Positions 21,334 through 31,226 of a stretch of DNA of 64,000 bases are shown here, in pieces. The notes under the pieces were generated by a model. The model did no database searches and was not told where the DNA came from. It saw only the letters and a program-made list of their open reading frames with translations. Each line of letters opens with the position of its first letter. Positions within the stretch are counted from its first letter, which is position 1. The stretch lies in the NCBI GenBank assembly GCA_965247435.1, contig OZ252019.1, positions 5,009,586-5,073,585 on the forward strand. The letters are read 5' to 3'. This DNA comes from Ilyomonas sp. Its GTDB lineage: Bacteria; Bacteroidota; Bacteroidia; Chitinophagales; Chitinophagaceae. Position numbers and translations under genes: made by a program.

Positions 21334-21563
21334 TATTTATCTATTTCTTCTACAAAGATGGACGCCGCCTCGTTCAATCGCAAGCTTAGGTTATAGCCGG
21401 CTACAGATATTGAAATTGGATCTCCCAACGGAGCAATCATTTCCACTTTTATCATTTCACCAGGCACACAACCCATCTCCATTAATTTTATAAATATCTC
21501 ATCATTTGCAAAATGATCTATTCTTACACTTTTACCGGTCTTTATCTCTGAAAGCTTTTTCAT
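21333..21563 (-). CDS. feoA: FeoA-family protein (orphan, no feoB nearby)
   Basis: MKKLSEIKTGKSVRIDHF...MGCVPGEMIKVEMIAPLGDPISISVAGYNLSLRLNEA is an SH3-like FeoA domain. Start set at MKKLSE. Overlaps the nadD start by 1 nt. Confidence 0.65.
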   Translation of the reverse strand: MKKLSEIKTGKSVRIDHFANDEIFIKLMEMGCVPGEMIKVEMIAPLGDPISISVAGYNLSLRLNEAASIFVEEIDK

Positions 21564-21660
21564 AGTTACTTGCAAAAGTAATCTTCTTAAAACCTTGTTA
21601 TTACAAGAGCAATCCGGATTTACTTTTCCGATACGAATTGACGGCAACTTATTTTTGCGT

Positions 21661-22107
21661 ATGTCTATGGTGGCATTTCATTATGCTGATATTAAATCAC
21701 GCATCCGGCAAAAGCAAAAACTGTTACAATTTGTACGGCATTTGTTTATTGCAGAAAAGAAATCTCTTAAAAAAATTGATGTCGTTTTCTGCACAGATGA
21801 ATATTTACTTTCGCTAAATAGGCATTTTTTAAATCACGATTATTTCACGGACATTTTAACATTCAATAATTCTTTTGATCATTCTGATACGATAATCGGA
21901 GAATTATATATTAGTTTAGATAGAATCAGAGAAAATTCGATTCAATTTGAAGCTATTTATGAAATCGAATTAATACGGGTGATTTTTCATGGTTTGTTAC
22001 ACTTATGTGGTTATAATGATTCTTCACAGGCAGATAAAGTTTTAATGAGACAAAAAGAAAACTTTTATTTGAAGCAATTTGAAACGTTTCACGTGGAAAC
22101 GAAGTAA
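21661..22107 (+). CDS. ybeY: Endoribonuclease YbeY (rRNA maturation)
   Basis: HGLLHLCGYND metal-binding motif. Start moved to MSMVAFHY. Confidence 0.85.
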   Translation: MSMVAFHYADIKSRIRQKQKLLQFVRHLFIAEKKSLKKIDVVFCTDEYLLSLNRHFLNHDYFTDILTFNNSFDHSDTIIGELYISLDRIRENSIQFEAIYEIELIRVIFHGLLHLCGYNDSSQADKVLMRQKENFYLKQFETFHVETK

Positions 22108-22124
22108 ATTTTTAATATTAACCG

Positions 22125-23993
22125 ATGTTTAATCAATATGATGTAATTGTGGCAGGAGCCGGTCATGCAGGATGTGAAGCAGCAGCCGCGGCCGCTAATA
22201 TGGGCAGTAAAGTGTTGCTGATAACTATGAACATGCAAACAATTGCCCAGATGAGTTGCAATCCGGCAATGGGCGGCATTGCGAAAGGGCAGATTGTAAA
22301 AGAAATTGATGCGTTGGGAGGTTATAGCGGAATGGTAACGAACAGAAGCCTGTTACAATTCCGGATGTTAAACAAAAGTAAAGGTCCGGCAATGTGGAGC
22401 CCGCGCGCGCAATGCGACCGTATGCTGTTTGCATCGTCCTGGCGTTCATTATTAGAAAAAACACAAAACGTAGATTTTTACCAGGATACTCTACAAACGG
22501 TGGTTGTTGAAAACAATACCGTATATGGTGTAACTACCGGTCTGGGGCACCAAATTTTTGCAAAATCTGTAGTTCTAACCAGCGGTACATTTCTAAATGG
22601 CGTTATTCATATTGGTGAGAAGCGATTTGGCGGTGGCAGGGTGGCTGAAAAAGCTGCACTTGGCCTAACCGAACAATTAGAAAAATTGGGCTTTATCAGT
22701 AGCCGGCTAAAAACAGGTACGCCACCGCGCGTGGATGGAAGAAGTTTAAATTATTCGGTAATGGAAGAGCAAAAAGGCGACGAAGAAATGACCGGTTTTT
22801 CATTTATGGAAAACCCGGCTATTAAAGCAGAAGCTCAGCTTAGTTGTTATATCACTTATACGAATACTTCGGTACACGATATTTTAAAAACCGGTTTTGA
22901 TAGAAGCCCGATGTACACCGGCAGGATAGCAGGTACCGGGCCAAGGTATTGTCCGAGTATTGAAGATAAAATCAACCGGTTTGCCGAGCGTGACCGGCAC
23001 CAGATATTCGTAGAGCCGGAAGGATTTGATACGGTAGAAATTTACGTGAATGGCTTCTCTACTTCTCTACCGGAGGAGGTACAACACAAAGCGTTGCAAC
23101 TGATACCGGGATTTGAAAACGTAAAAATGTTCCGGCCGGGTTATGCCATTGAATACGATTATTTTCCGCCGACTCAGCTAACAAATTCATTAGAAACAAA
23201 GCTGATCAAAAACTTATTTTTTGCAGGACAAATAAATGGTACCACCGGCTATGAAGAAGCGGCCTGCCAGGGCATAATTGCGGGTATGAATGCACATCTT
23301 GCGGTAAGAGACCAGCCGGCTTTCGTTTTAAAAAGAAACGAAGCATATATTGGCGTACTTATAGACGATCTGATTAATAAAGGTACCGATGAGCCGTACC
23401 GCATGTTTACGAGCCGCGCAGAATACAGAACATTGCTCCGGCAAGACAATGCCGACTTACGGCTAACAGAAAAGAGCCATGCCGTTGGTTTAGCCACAAC
23501 AGAGCGATTAAAAAAAGTACAACAAAAGAAAGCTAATACGCTTTCTATAAAAAGTATTTTAGAAATTACCTCCGTAGAGCCTTCAGAAATAAATACTTAT
23601 TTACAGGAACAGGATTCTGCGCTGATTACTGAAAAGCAAAAGTTGTCTAAAATATTATTACGGCCGGACATCAGCCTGGCTGGTTTAATTAAAACATCGG
23701 ATAAGATACAAGTGCTGCTTAATAAGTATACTATAGAAGAACTGGAGCAGGCAGAAATACAGGTGAAATATGAACGCTATATTGAAAAGGAAGAAGACAT
23801 GGCAAAACGCTTAAGCCAGTTGGAAGCACTTACCATTCCGGAAACATTTGATTATAACCGCATAACGGCTTTAAGCAATGAAGCACTTCAAAAATTCCGG
23901 AAAATAAAACCTAAAACATTAGGGCAGGCGAGCCGTATAAGTGGTGTAAACCCAAGTGATATACAAATGCTTATGGTTTATATCGGCCGGTAA
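22125..23993 (+). CDS. mnmG: tRNA uridine 5-carboxymethylaminomethyl modification enzyme MnmG (GidA)
   Basis: FAD-binding N-terminus (YDVIVAGAGHAGCEAA), full-length GidA similarity. Confidence 0.95.
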   Translation: MFNQYDVIVAGAGHAGCEAAAAAANMGSKVLLITMNMQTIAQMSCNPAMGGIAKGQIVKEIDALGGYSGMVTNRSLLQFRMLNKSKGPAMWSPRAQCDRMLFASSWRSLLEKTQNVDFYQDTLQTVVVENNTVYGVTTGLGHQIFAKSVVLTSGTFLNGVIHIGEKRFGGGRVAEKAALGLTEQLEKLGFISSRLKTGTPPRVDGRSLNYSVMEEQKGDEEMTGFSFMENPAIKAEAQLSCYITYTNTSVHDILKTGFDRSPMYTGRIAGTGPRYCPSIEDKINRFAERDRHQIFVEPEGFDTVEIYVNGFSTSLPEEVQHKALQLIPGFENVKMFRPGYAIEYDYFPPTQLTNSLETKLIKNLFFAGQINGTTGYEEAACQGIIAGMNAHLAVRDQPAFVLKRNEAYIGVLIDDLINKGTDEPYRMFTSRAEYRTLLRQDNADLRLTEKSHAVGLATTERLKKVQQKKANTLSIKSILEITSVEPSEINTYLQEQDSALITEKQKLSKILLRPDISLAGLIKTSDKIQVLLNKYTIEELEQAEIQVKYERYIEKEEDMAKRLSQLEALTIPETFDYNRITALSNEALQKFRKIKPKTLGQASRISGVNPSDIQMLMVYIGR

Positions 23994-24131
23994 CGCTACA
24001 ACAACAAGTTCTTAGTCCTGATTAGTTTTGCACGATGTACTTTGCTTATTTGCAAAATACAGGTTAAAAGCTGCTATAACTTACTCAGGTACCCGCCGCT
24101 GTAGTAATATTACACAAAAACCCGCCTGCGG

Positions 24132-24902
24132 TTGTACAAACATATATTTTTAATACTATTCATATTTTGTTGCTTTACAGCTAACTCCCAGACTTTTGAG
24201 CTGCAAGGTACCGTATATGATTATGCCAACCGGCAACCGGTGGATGCAGTGTCGGTAATATGTACCTGCGGTAGCGGCACGGTTACCGGTTCAAACGGGC
24301 ATTATACGCTCCGGGTTTCGCAGCAGGACTCTGTTTATTTCTCTTACTTGGGGAAAAACACGGTTAAATATCCGCTGGACACGATTAAAAATATTGCTGA
24401 CTTTGAAATCGGGCTTCATATAGATGCCAGGTGGTTGCCCGAAGTAAAGGTATTCACACATAATTACCGGCTCGATTCTATTCAAAACCGCAGGGATTAC
24501 GCCAAAATATTTGACTATAAAAAACCGGGCTTGCGCATCAATAGCAATACTACACCTACTTATATTCCCGGCTCCGTTACAGCCGGCCTCGATTTGGATG
24601 CACTGATAAATATGTTTCGCTTCCGCCGCAACCGGCAAATACAGAGTTTTCAAAACAGGCTGCTGCAGGAAGAGCAGGATAAATATATTGATCACCGCTA
24701 CAGCAAACGGCTGGTAAAACAACTAACTGCCTTGGAGCCGCCCGAGATTGATTCTTTTATGACAGCTTACCGGCCGCAATACGACATACTCCAACAAATG
24801 AACGACCTCGAGTTAGGCTATTATGTACAACTCTGTTTTAAAGACTATACCCGGCAAAAGATGAGTTCCCCGGCAAGGCGCACGATCTTAGGGGTGGAAT
24901 AA
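24132..24902 (+). CDS. Secreted hypothetical protein with CarboxypepD_reg-like N-terminal domain
   Basis: Signal peptide; QTFELQGTVYD...VSVICTCGSGTVTGSNGHYTL. Confidence 0.5.
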   Translation: MYKHIFLILFIFCCFTANSQTFELQGTVYDYANRQPVDAVSVICTCGSGTVTGSNGHYTLRVSQQDSVYFSYLGKNTVKYPLDTIKNIADFEIGLHIDARWLPEVKVFTHNYRLDSIQNRRDYAKIFDYKKPGLRINSNTTPTYIPGSVTAGLDLDALINMFRFRRNRQIQSFQNRLLQEEQDKYIDHRYSKRLVKQLTALEPPEIDSFMTAYRPQYDILQQMNDLELGYYVQLCFKDYTRQKMSSPARRTILGVE

Positions 24903-24942
24903 AATTGCTCACTGCCTATATAACCCTTTTAAGCCCTTCTTC

Positions 24943-25950
24943 CTAACCGATGAGGCCAACCTTCCGGCTGATCTCCAGCATGCGCTCTATGGGCTTTAAA
25001 GCAGCCTTCCGCAGGCCTTCTTCCATTAACAGTTCCGGCGTTTCGTATTCCATACATAGGTACACCTTCTCCAGTGTGTTCAGTTTCATGTGCGGGCAAT
25101 CGTTACAGGCGCAGCTATTGTCGGGCGGTGCGGGAATAAACGTCTTCTCCGGTGCATCCTTTTGCATCTGGTGCAGTATGCCGGTTTCGGTGGCTACAAT
25201 GTATTCCTGCGTACTGTCCTGCACTGCATAGCGGAGGATCTGCGTAGTGCTGCCGATATAATCTGCCACGCGCAGGATAGCGTCTTCGCATTCGGGGTGG
25301 GCGAGGACCTTAGCAGCCGGATGGCGCATTTTTAGCTTTATTATTTTTTCAAGGCTGAAAATTTCGTGCACCATGCAGGCGCCATTCCATAAGACCATAT
25401 TCCGGCCGGTCTTTTTGTTGAGGTATGCGCCCAGGTTTTTATCCGGTGCAAAAATGATGGGTTGTTCCTCCGGAATACTCTCAATAATCTTCTCCGCATT
25501 GCTGCTGGTGCAGATAATATCGCTCAGCGCCTTTATCTCGGCCGAGCAGTTGACGTACGATACCACCAGGTGGCCCGGATGCTGCTCTTTAAAGCGCTTA
25601 AACAAGGGCGCGGGCGCACTGTCGGCCAGCGAGCAGCCGGCGTTTAAATCGGGCAGTAACACCTTTTTGGAAGGGTTCAGGATCTTGGCCGTTTCTGCCA
25701 TAAAGTGCACACCGGCAAATACAATGATGTCGGCGTTTGTTTTAGATGCATATTGAGCCAGCCCCAGGCTATCCCCAATATAGTCGGCCACATCCTGGAT
25801 GTCGGGCTCCTGGTAGTAGTGCGCGAGCAGCACAGCATTCTTTTCCTTCTTCAGCCGTTCTATTTCTGCAAACAAGTCAATCGCCGGATCAATATCAATA
25901 TCAAGGAACCCTCTTTTGGGCACTTTCAGCATTGCTTCTTCAATGTTCAT
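24943..25950 (-). CDS. nadA: Quinolinate synthase
   Basis: Full-length NadA similarity (LLAHYYQ..., three-fold repeat with conserved Cys). Confidence 0.9.
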   Translation of the reverse strand: MNIEEAMLKVPKRGFLDIDIDPAIDLFAEIERLKKEKNAVLLAHYYQEPDIQDVADYIGDSLGLAQYASKTNADIIVFAGVHFMAETAKILNPSKKVLLPDLNAGCSLADSAPAPLFKRFKEQHPGHLVVSYVNCSAEIKALSDIICTSSNAEKIIESIPEEQPIIFAPDKNLGAYLNKKTGRNMVLWNGACMVHEIFSLEKIIKLKMRHPAAKVLAHPECEDAILRVADYIGSTTQILRYAVQDSTQEYIVATETGILHQMQKDAPEKTFIPAPPDNSCACNDCPHMKLNTLEKVYLCMEYETPELLMEEGLRKAALKPIERMLEISRKVGLIG

Positions 25951-26129
25951 ATCTTTTGTAGTATGTATTTAATAATACTTATTTATATAAAAAAGCTATT
26001 ACTATTACGGGTGTGTATATCGTAATAACTTTCTTATACACAGGGTGCAAAGTTAATTATCCCATAGGTTTTTCACAGGTATTCACATAAACGTTAACAG
26101 CAGCAATATACAGCGGGCCTGCATTTTAC

Positions 26130-26350
26130 CGGTTTATAAACATCTAAAGTATAAGAGCAATACACACTGCACATTTGCAGTATGCACAGGTATGCACTGT
26201 GCATTAAGGGCGGATAAATGGTTTGCATTTTACTGCTTTCCGCAATTTGGGTATAAAACGGTGCATTTGTTCAATCCGTTTGCACAAATGCGATGATGAT
26301 TTTTGTGTTTTTACACCCGTTATGCAGGTTATGCACAGGGGTGGTGTGAA
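26130..26350. promoter_or_regulatory. Array of TGCAC(A)/TGTGCA-containing inverted repeats, AT-rich (possible operator, iteron or att-like region of an acquired island)
   Basis: Examples: CACTGCACATTTGCAGTATGCACAGGTATGCACTGTGCATTA, GTGCATTTG..CAAATGC, TTATGCAGGTTATGCACAGG. This region is noncoding and of lower GC than its flanks. Confidence 0.3.
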
Positions 26351-26384
26351 TAGTGGAAGATGAAGTAAGATGTGCTATTTTGTG

Positions 26385-26982
26385 ATGAAAAAGCAGTTGC
26401 CCGATTTATTTATAATTGCCGGTTGTAATGGTGCAGAAAAACAACTGCATCTTATACCGTACTTCCCGAACTGTTGCAGGTAAAAGAGTTTGTAAATGCA
26501 GATGAAATTGCGAGGGACTTTCTCCTTTTCAGCCGGATAAGGTGGCTATTGAAGCCGGTAAAATAATGCTTCGGCGGCTGCAGGATTTGCTCCATCAAAA
26601 GGTGGATTTCGCTTTTGAAACCATGCTTGCTACCCGCAGCTTTGTTAGTTTTATTAATCAGGCAAAGCAAATTGGTTATACTGTTCATCTTATATTTTAT
26701 TGGTTGAACAGTGTAGAACTTGCAATTGAACGTGTTAAGATAAGAGGTGTTTTAGGAGGACATAATATTCCAACGGAGACTATTATCCGACGGTATGATG
26801 CTGGGCTGCGAAACTTTATACATTTGTGCAAAGACAGTGTAGATTACTGGATGTTGATGGATAATTCTAAAACAGAACCAGTATTTATTGCAACAGGAGG
26901 AAAAGAACAATTACAGATTATTAACTCTGAAAAGTGGTTAACCATACATAAACTGATAACAGATGACGCCGGAAGAAATTAG
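26385..26982 (+). pseudogene. Zeta-toxin / AAA_33-like P-loop kinase, disrupted by two frameshifts
   Basis: Three frames give MKKQLPDLFIIAGCNGA(E)K, then TTASYTVLPELLQVKEFVNADEIAR, then GLSPFQPDKVAIEAGKIM...GYTVHLIFYWLNSVELAIERVKIRGVLGGHNIPTETIIRRY. A 1-nt deletion sits in the poly-A of the Walker A codons (GAGKT read as GAEK). A second shift lies near 26510. Confidence 0.55.
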
Positions 26983-27115
26983 GAATAAAGTATTGCAAGG
27001 CACAAAATTAGCCGTTGAGCGCTTAATAGAACAAACGCGCAAAGAGAACGGCTATCTCGTTGTATCGCAGGATGGTAAAGTAGTGAAGCTTTATGCGAAG
27101 GATATAAAGCGGTAG
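26963..27115 (+). CDS. Small ORF (50 aa) overlapping the 3' end of the zeta-like pseudogene, possible antitoxin-like partner
   Basis: MTPEEIRNKVLQGTKLAVERLIEQTRKENGYLVVSQDGKVVKLYAKDIKR. Overlaps the kinase ORF by about 20 nt. No known family recognised by eye. Confidence 0.3.
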   Translation: MTPEEIRNKVLQGTKLAVERLIEQTRKENGYLVVSQDGKVVKLYAKDIKR

Positions 27116-27156
27116 TAATTTTTAATTGTTTGATGCCATAAAATAATCTGGTTAGT

Positions 27157-28089
27157 ATGAGTTATGAAGGCAAAATGCTTGAAGATTTAAAGATGCCTTC
27201 AAGAAAGGAAGTAGAACAGGCACTACTGCTTGCATTATTTAAAAATAATGGCACCATCAAAGAATTTAGTGCAGGTGAAGATATTGTAGATGTAATAGCA
27301 ACAAATTATGGATTAAACGAAGAACAGAGAAATGCTTATTTATCAACTATTTATAAGAAAGAAAACAGAGTTAAAAGGTCATCACTTTGGCATCGTTTAC
27401 TGTTTCGTGCTGCTGATAACTTGGCAAAGGAGAAATTGGTTTCTCGCCCTACTCAAACACTTTTACTTACAAAAAGGAAAGAGTGGATGCTTACTGAAAA
27501 TGGTTATGATGCAGTTTTGAATCATTTAAACATTCCAACAGAACAAAAAGAAATCTTACCAATTCGGTCTTATGAAGTTCAAAAAATAATTAATAAATTA
27601 ATTGAGACACCAAGACTCAATGATTATCAGCCAATCGAAGAAAGAAAGGTGTCTACTATTGTTACTAAAGAGATTTCAATTAGAAAACGTGGTTTCCGGC
27701 AAGCTGTTATTGAAGTATACGATTTTAAGTGTGCAGTTTGTGGATTAAAAATTAATTCTCCAAAACGTACTATTTGGGAAGTTGAAGCAGCGCATATAGT
27801 ACCACATAGTTTTAAAGGGAAAGATGATATTTTAAATGGTTTATCACTTTGCCATTTACACCATTGGGCATTTGATGTAGCCTGGTTCAGTATTTTTGAT
27901 AATTATTCAATTATTGTTTCTCCTGAAGCAAACAATCTAAGGGATGAATTCGGTAAACTTGGTAACTACGATTTAGTAAAAGCACTTACTAAATCTGTTT
28001 CAAAGATTGCTTTACCCTCTTATGAGAATGTTTATCCACATCTAAACTCGATCAAATGGCATCGGGAAAATGTTTTTAATAAAAAATAG
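27157..28089 (+). CDS. Winged-helix (Mrr_N-like) + HNH endonuclease, candidate restriction/defence nuclease
   Basis: N-terminus resembles the Mrr N-terminal wH domain (PSRKEVEQALLLALFKNNGTIKEF...SSLWHRLLFRAADNLAKEKLV...WMLTENG). C-terminus carries an HNH motif (CAVCG...HIVPH...NGLSLCHLHHWAFD). Low GC. Confidence 0.65.
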   Translation: MSYEGKMLEDLKMPSRKEVEQALLLALFKNNGTIKEFSAGEDIVDVIATNYGLNEEQRNAYLSTIYKKENRVKRSSLWHRLLFRAADNLAKEKLVSRPTQTLLLTKRKEWMLTENGYDAVLNHLNIPTEQKEILPIRSYEVQKIINKLIETPRLNDYQPIEERKVSTIVTKEISIRKRGFRQAVIEVYDFKCAVCGLKINSPKRTIWEVEAAHIVPHSFKGKDDILNGLSLCHLHHWAFDVAWFSIFDNYSIIVSPEANNLRDEFGKLGNYDLVKALTKSVSKIALPSYENVYPHLNSIKWHRENVFNKK

Positions 28090-28092
28090 AAT

Positions 28093-28311
28093 ATGAAAAG
28101 TCAAAAGAAAAATACTGTTTTTTATTCTTTGAATGAACAAGATATTCAACATGTTGCAAAAAGAGTAGTTAAACGAAAGCTTGACGACATGGAAATTGAA
28201 AGTGTAAAAAGAGTAATTTCCTCTAACATAAGTTGGTATGAGATTACAAAAGATGCTATTCATGAAATAATTAGAGCAAAAGAAGAATTCAATCCTATTG
28301 TAACAACTTAG
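28093..28311 (+). CDS. Hypothetical small protein (72 aa) in the AT-rich island
   Basis: Starts 4 nt after the HNH gene stop. Charged, helical-looking, no known motif. Confidence 0.4.
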   Translation: MKSQKKNTVFYSLNEQDIQHVAKRVVKRKLDDMEIESVKRVISSNISWYEITKDAIHEIIRAKEEFNPIVTT

Positions 28312-28381
28312 CTTTTAAGAAAAGCAGGTTTATCTGGATAAGTCAGGTCCAAATTGGGCAAATGGTGGCCAGATTATAAAT

Positions 28382-28756
28382 TTGATAAATGAGTTTAATG
28401 CTGCAAGAAAACGATTTAGTACTTCCGGTGGTATTGTTAATCTGGTTTGTATAAACGGCTGTTGTTATGGTAAGACCAGAGAACGATATGAATATAAAGC
28501 AAAGGGTAATTACTATAAAGTTTGTGGGCAGCGATTTTGGGAATTAATTTCAGGAAATGCTACTTTGTACACCGATCTTATTATTCCATTAGGATACAAA
28601 GCTCAGGAAAGGAATGATGAATTTAATGAAATGTTTAACAACCTTACTAACAGATTAACTTTAGAATTTATGCAAGACTTTTGTAACATAGATGGAAGTA
28701 TTAACTGGAACAAGCTAATTGTTTTTAATTCTGAATTTGTACCAAATAAAACCTAA
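28382..28756 (+). CDS. Hypothetical Cys-containing protein (124 aa) in the AT-rich island
   Basis: CINGCCYGK...YYKVCGQRFWE cluster. No recognisable family. Confidence 0.4.
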   Translation: MINEFNAARKRFSTSGGIVNLVCINGCCYGKTRERYEYKAKGNYYKVCGQRFWELISGNATLYTDLIIPLGYKAQERNDEFNEMFNNLTNRLTLEFMQDFCNIDGSINWNKLIVFNSEFVPNKT

Positions 28757-29073
28757 ACAAAGAATTAAGCAGAAATTACCCTCTATAAAATCTCCTTAAT
28801 CGCCCCATAAAATCTCCTGAACCGCTTTTTTCATTTCCCAACCTCTTTTATCTTCCGTTTCCAATTGTTTTTTAAGCCTGCAGGTGCAGTCTGCAACTAT
28901 ATGCAAGCGGGCACCCTGCGGTGCCGGTATACCACACAATCGCTGCCCATTGGTGTTCACCAGCTACAGTATAACAAAGAAGGCATGGCAGCCATTACCC
29001 AAACGGTGGAAGCAGTTGATAATGGCGATACCATGAAGGGCATTATAATGGGTTGAAATATTCCACGTGGAAA

Positions 29074-29106
29074 GTAAAATGTTGAAAGCCGGAGCTTATA
29101 TGTCCC
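29074..29106 (+). terminator. Intrinsic terminator (AGCCGGAG-CTTATATGT-CCCGGCT + T5)
   Basis: Stem-loop plus T-run at the right edge of the AT-rich island. Confidence 0.5.
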
Positions 29107-29217
29107 GGCTTTTTATTAAAGGATGCATTAAGAAAGGCAAGTATTCAGCTTTTGCGAAGAGCAACACACAACTTATCGGCACTTAAATTGTCCCTCTTCT
29201 TTTTCAAATTTAACCTG

Positions 29218-30528
29218 ATGAAATATGCCTTTTTGTGCAGTGTTGCGCTGGCATCGCTGTTGAGCACAAGTTGCAACAACACTAAAAAAGAAGAAAATAA
29301 GGACAAGGCCGATACTGTGGCCACCACCGCGCAGGAGCTTAACCTGCCGGCGCCTTACAATACCAAATCTGTCGCTAACTATTGTAAAGTAATTGGCTGG
29401 CAACAAGGCAAAACGCCCGTTGTACCGGCAGGCTTCACTGTTACTGCTTATGCGAAAGATTTGATCAATCCACGCAACGTATATCAGGCGCCCAACGGCG
29501 ATGTATTTGTGGTAGAATCGAATACCGAATCCAAAGGCATTAAGGATAAGCTGAACGGCAAAGCAAAATCGCAGCGGCTGGACGAAAGTGCTAACCGCAT
29601 TACTTTGCTGCGCGACAAAAACAAAGATGGTGTACCGGAAAGCCGTACTGTTTACCTCGCTGGTCTTACCCAGCCGTATGGTGTACTGGTAATAAACAAT
29701 GCCTTTTATGTAGCCAATACCGATGGCGTGTGGCAATATCCATACAACCCGCAGGATAGCATAATGACATCGCCGGGCAAAAAAATTGTGAAATTGCCTG
29801 CCGGTGGTTACAACAACCACTGGACGCGCAACATTATTGCCAATAAAGACGGAAGCAAAATATTTATTGCTGTAGGCAGTGGCAGCAATGTAGCCGAGCA
29901 TGGTTTAGCAAACGAAGTGCGCCGCGCCGACGTGCTGCAGGTAAACCCTGATGGCAGCGGCGAAATAACATACGCAAGCGGCCTCAGAAACCCGGCCGGC
30001 ATTGCCCTCCAGCCTAGTACCGGCAAACTGTATGCAGCGGTTAATGAGCGCGACGAATTAGGCGACGAGCTGGTGCCGGATTATTTTACCAGCGTGCAAC
30101 CCGGCGGCTTTTATGGCTGGCCTTATAGTTATTACGGTGCACACGAAGACCCGCGGATGAAAGACAAACAGCAGCCGGAACTGGTAAAAAAAGCGATTGT
30201 TCCGGATGTGTCGCTGGGCTCGCATGTAGCAGCGTTGGGGCTCACTTTTTATCATGGCAATATGTTTCCGGCACAGTACGCCAATGGTGCTTTCATTGGC
30301 GAGCATGGCTCCTGGAACCGTTCTGCGTTAAGTGGGTACAAAGTGGTGTTTGTACCCTTTGCTAACGGTAAGCCTGGCAAGCCCGAAGATTTTATGACAG
30401 GTTTTATTGCGGATGAAAATAAGAAAGAGGTATATGGCCGGCCGGTAAACCTTGCCGTGCTGCAGGATGGTTCTTTGCTGCTGGCAGATGACAGTGGTAA
30501 TACAGTGTGGCGGGTAAGCTATAAATAA
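29218..30528 (+). CDS. PQQ-dependent sugar (glucose/sorbosone) dehydrogenase family beta-propeller lipoprotein
   Basis: Lipoprotein signal (start moved to MKYAFLCS...LSTSC), then SGDH-family beta-propeller motifs (GRPVNLAVLQDGSLLLADDSGNTVWRVSY). Confidence 0.7.
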   Translation: MKYAFLCSVALASLLSTSCNNTKKEENKDKADTVATTAQELNLPAPYNTKSVANYCKVIGWQQGKTPVVPAGFTVTAYAKDLINPRNVYQAPNGDVFVVESNTESKGIKDKLNGKAKSQRLDESANRITLLRDKNKDGVPESRTVYLAGLTQPYGVLVINNAFYVANTDGVWQYPYNPQDSIMTSPGKKIVKLPAGGYNNHWTRNIIANKDGSKIFIAVGSGSNVAEHGLANEVRRADVLQVNPDGSGEITYASGLRNPAGIALQPSTGKLYAAVNERDELGDELVPDYFTSVQPGGFYGWPYSYYGAHEDPRMKDKQQPELVKKAIVPDVSLGSHVAALGLTFYHGNMFPAQYANGAFIGEHGSWNRSALSGYKVVFVPFANGKPGKPEDFMTGFIADENKKEVYGRPVNLAVLQDGSLLLADDSGNTVWRVSYK

Positions 30529-30602
30529 CGAACCGGCGCTTGAAATTTTATTATTCAATAAATGATGTGTGGGTGGGAAGAGTTAATTTTAAACATTACT
30601 TT

Positions 30603-31163
30603 TTACGCAGGTAGCTGAGATGTGTGCCACTCGTGCTTTAATAAAGCGTAAGCATATAAATCAACAAAAATATTGTTTAGAAATGCTCCTTGCCGTATGA
30701 TGCCTTCTTTATTAAAATGAAGCCTTTCGGGTATGGACTGGCTTTTATAATTCCCCGTTGCACAATGTATTTCTAAGCGGTTCATACAGAGTTTCATAAA
30801 TGCATATTGGATAATAGAGGTACACGCTTTTGTAATGATGCCTTTGCCCTGAAAACTTTTGGCTAACCAATAACCAATCTGTGCAATTTTATGCTGGCGG
30901 CTGATGGAATACAACCCGATTCTTCCGGCAAGAACGCCATTGCACAAGATGGCAAAAGATATTTCAGAATGGCTGGCCTGCCGCTTTCGCGAACGTTCCA
31001 TAAATTTTTCAAAATCAGCTTCGCAACGTATTTTGTCAACCCAGGGCAGCCACGTGCGCAGGTGTCTTCTGTTAACATTGATTAGTGCAAAAAAATCGGC
31101 TGCGTATTCCAAACTAAATGGCTCTAATGCAATGGTATCATCAACCTGTATCCTCATAATCAT
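30603..31163 (-). CDS. GNAT N-acetyltransferase (RimJ/RimL-like)
   Basis: GNAT motifs (QGKGIITKA...). Confidence 0.7.
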   Translation of the reverse strand: MIMRIQVDDTIALEPFSLEYAADFFALINVNRRHLRTWLPWVDKIRCEADFEKFMERSRKRQASHSEISFAILCNGVLAGRIGLYSISRQHKIAQIGYWLAKSFQGKGIITKACTSIIQYAFMKLCMNRLEIHCATGNYKSQSIPERLHFNKEGIIRQGAFLNNIFVDLYAYALLKHEWHTSQLPA

Positions 31164-31226
31164 TTTGCGCAGTTAGTTAATACAGGTATTGCATTGCTTT
31201 TATAAGGAAAATACTTGCAGCGTTTT

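Noticed and set aside
29173-29901. 242-aa minus-strand ORF
   Set aside because: Antisense to the PQQ-type sugar dehydrogenase gene.
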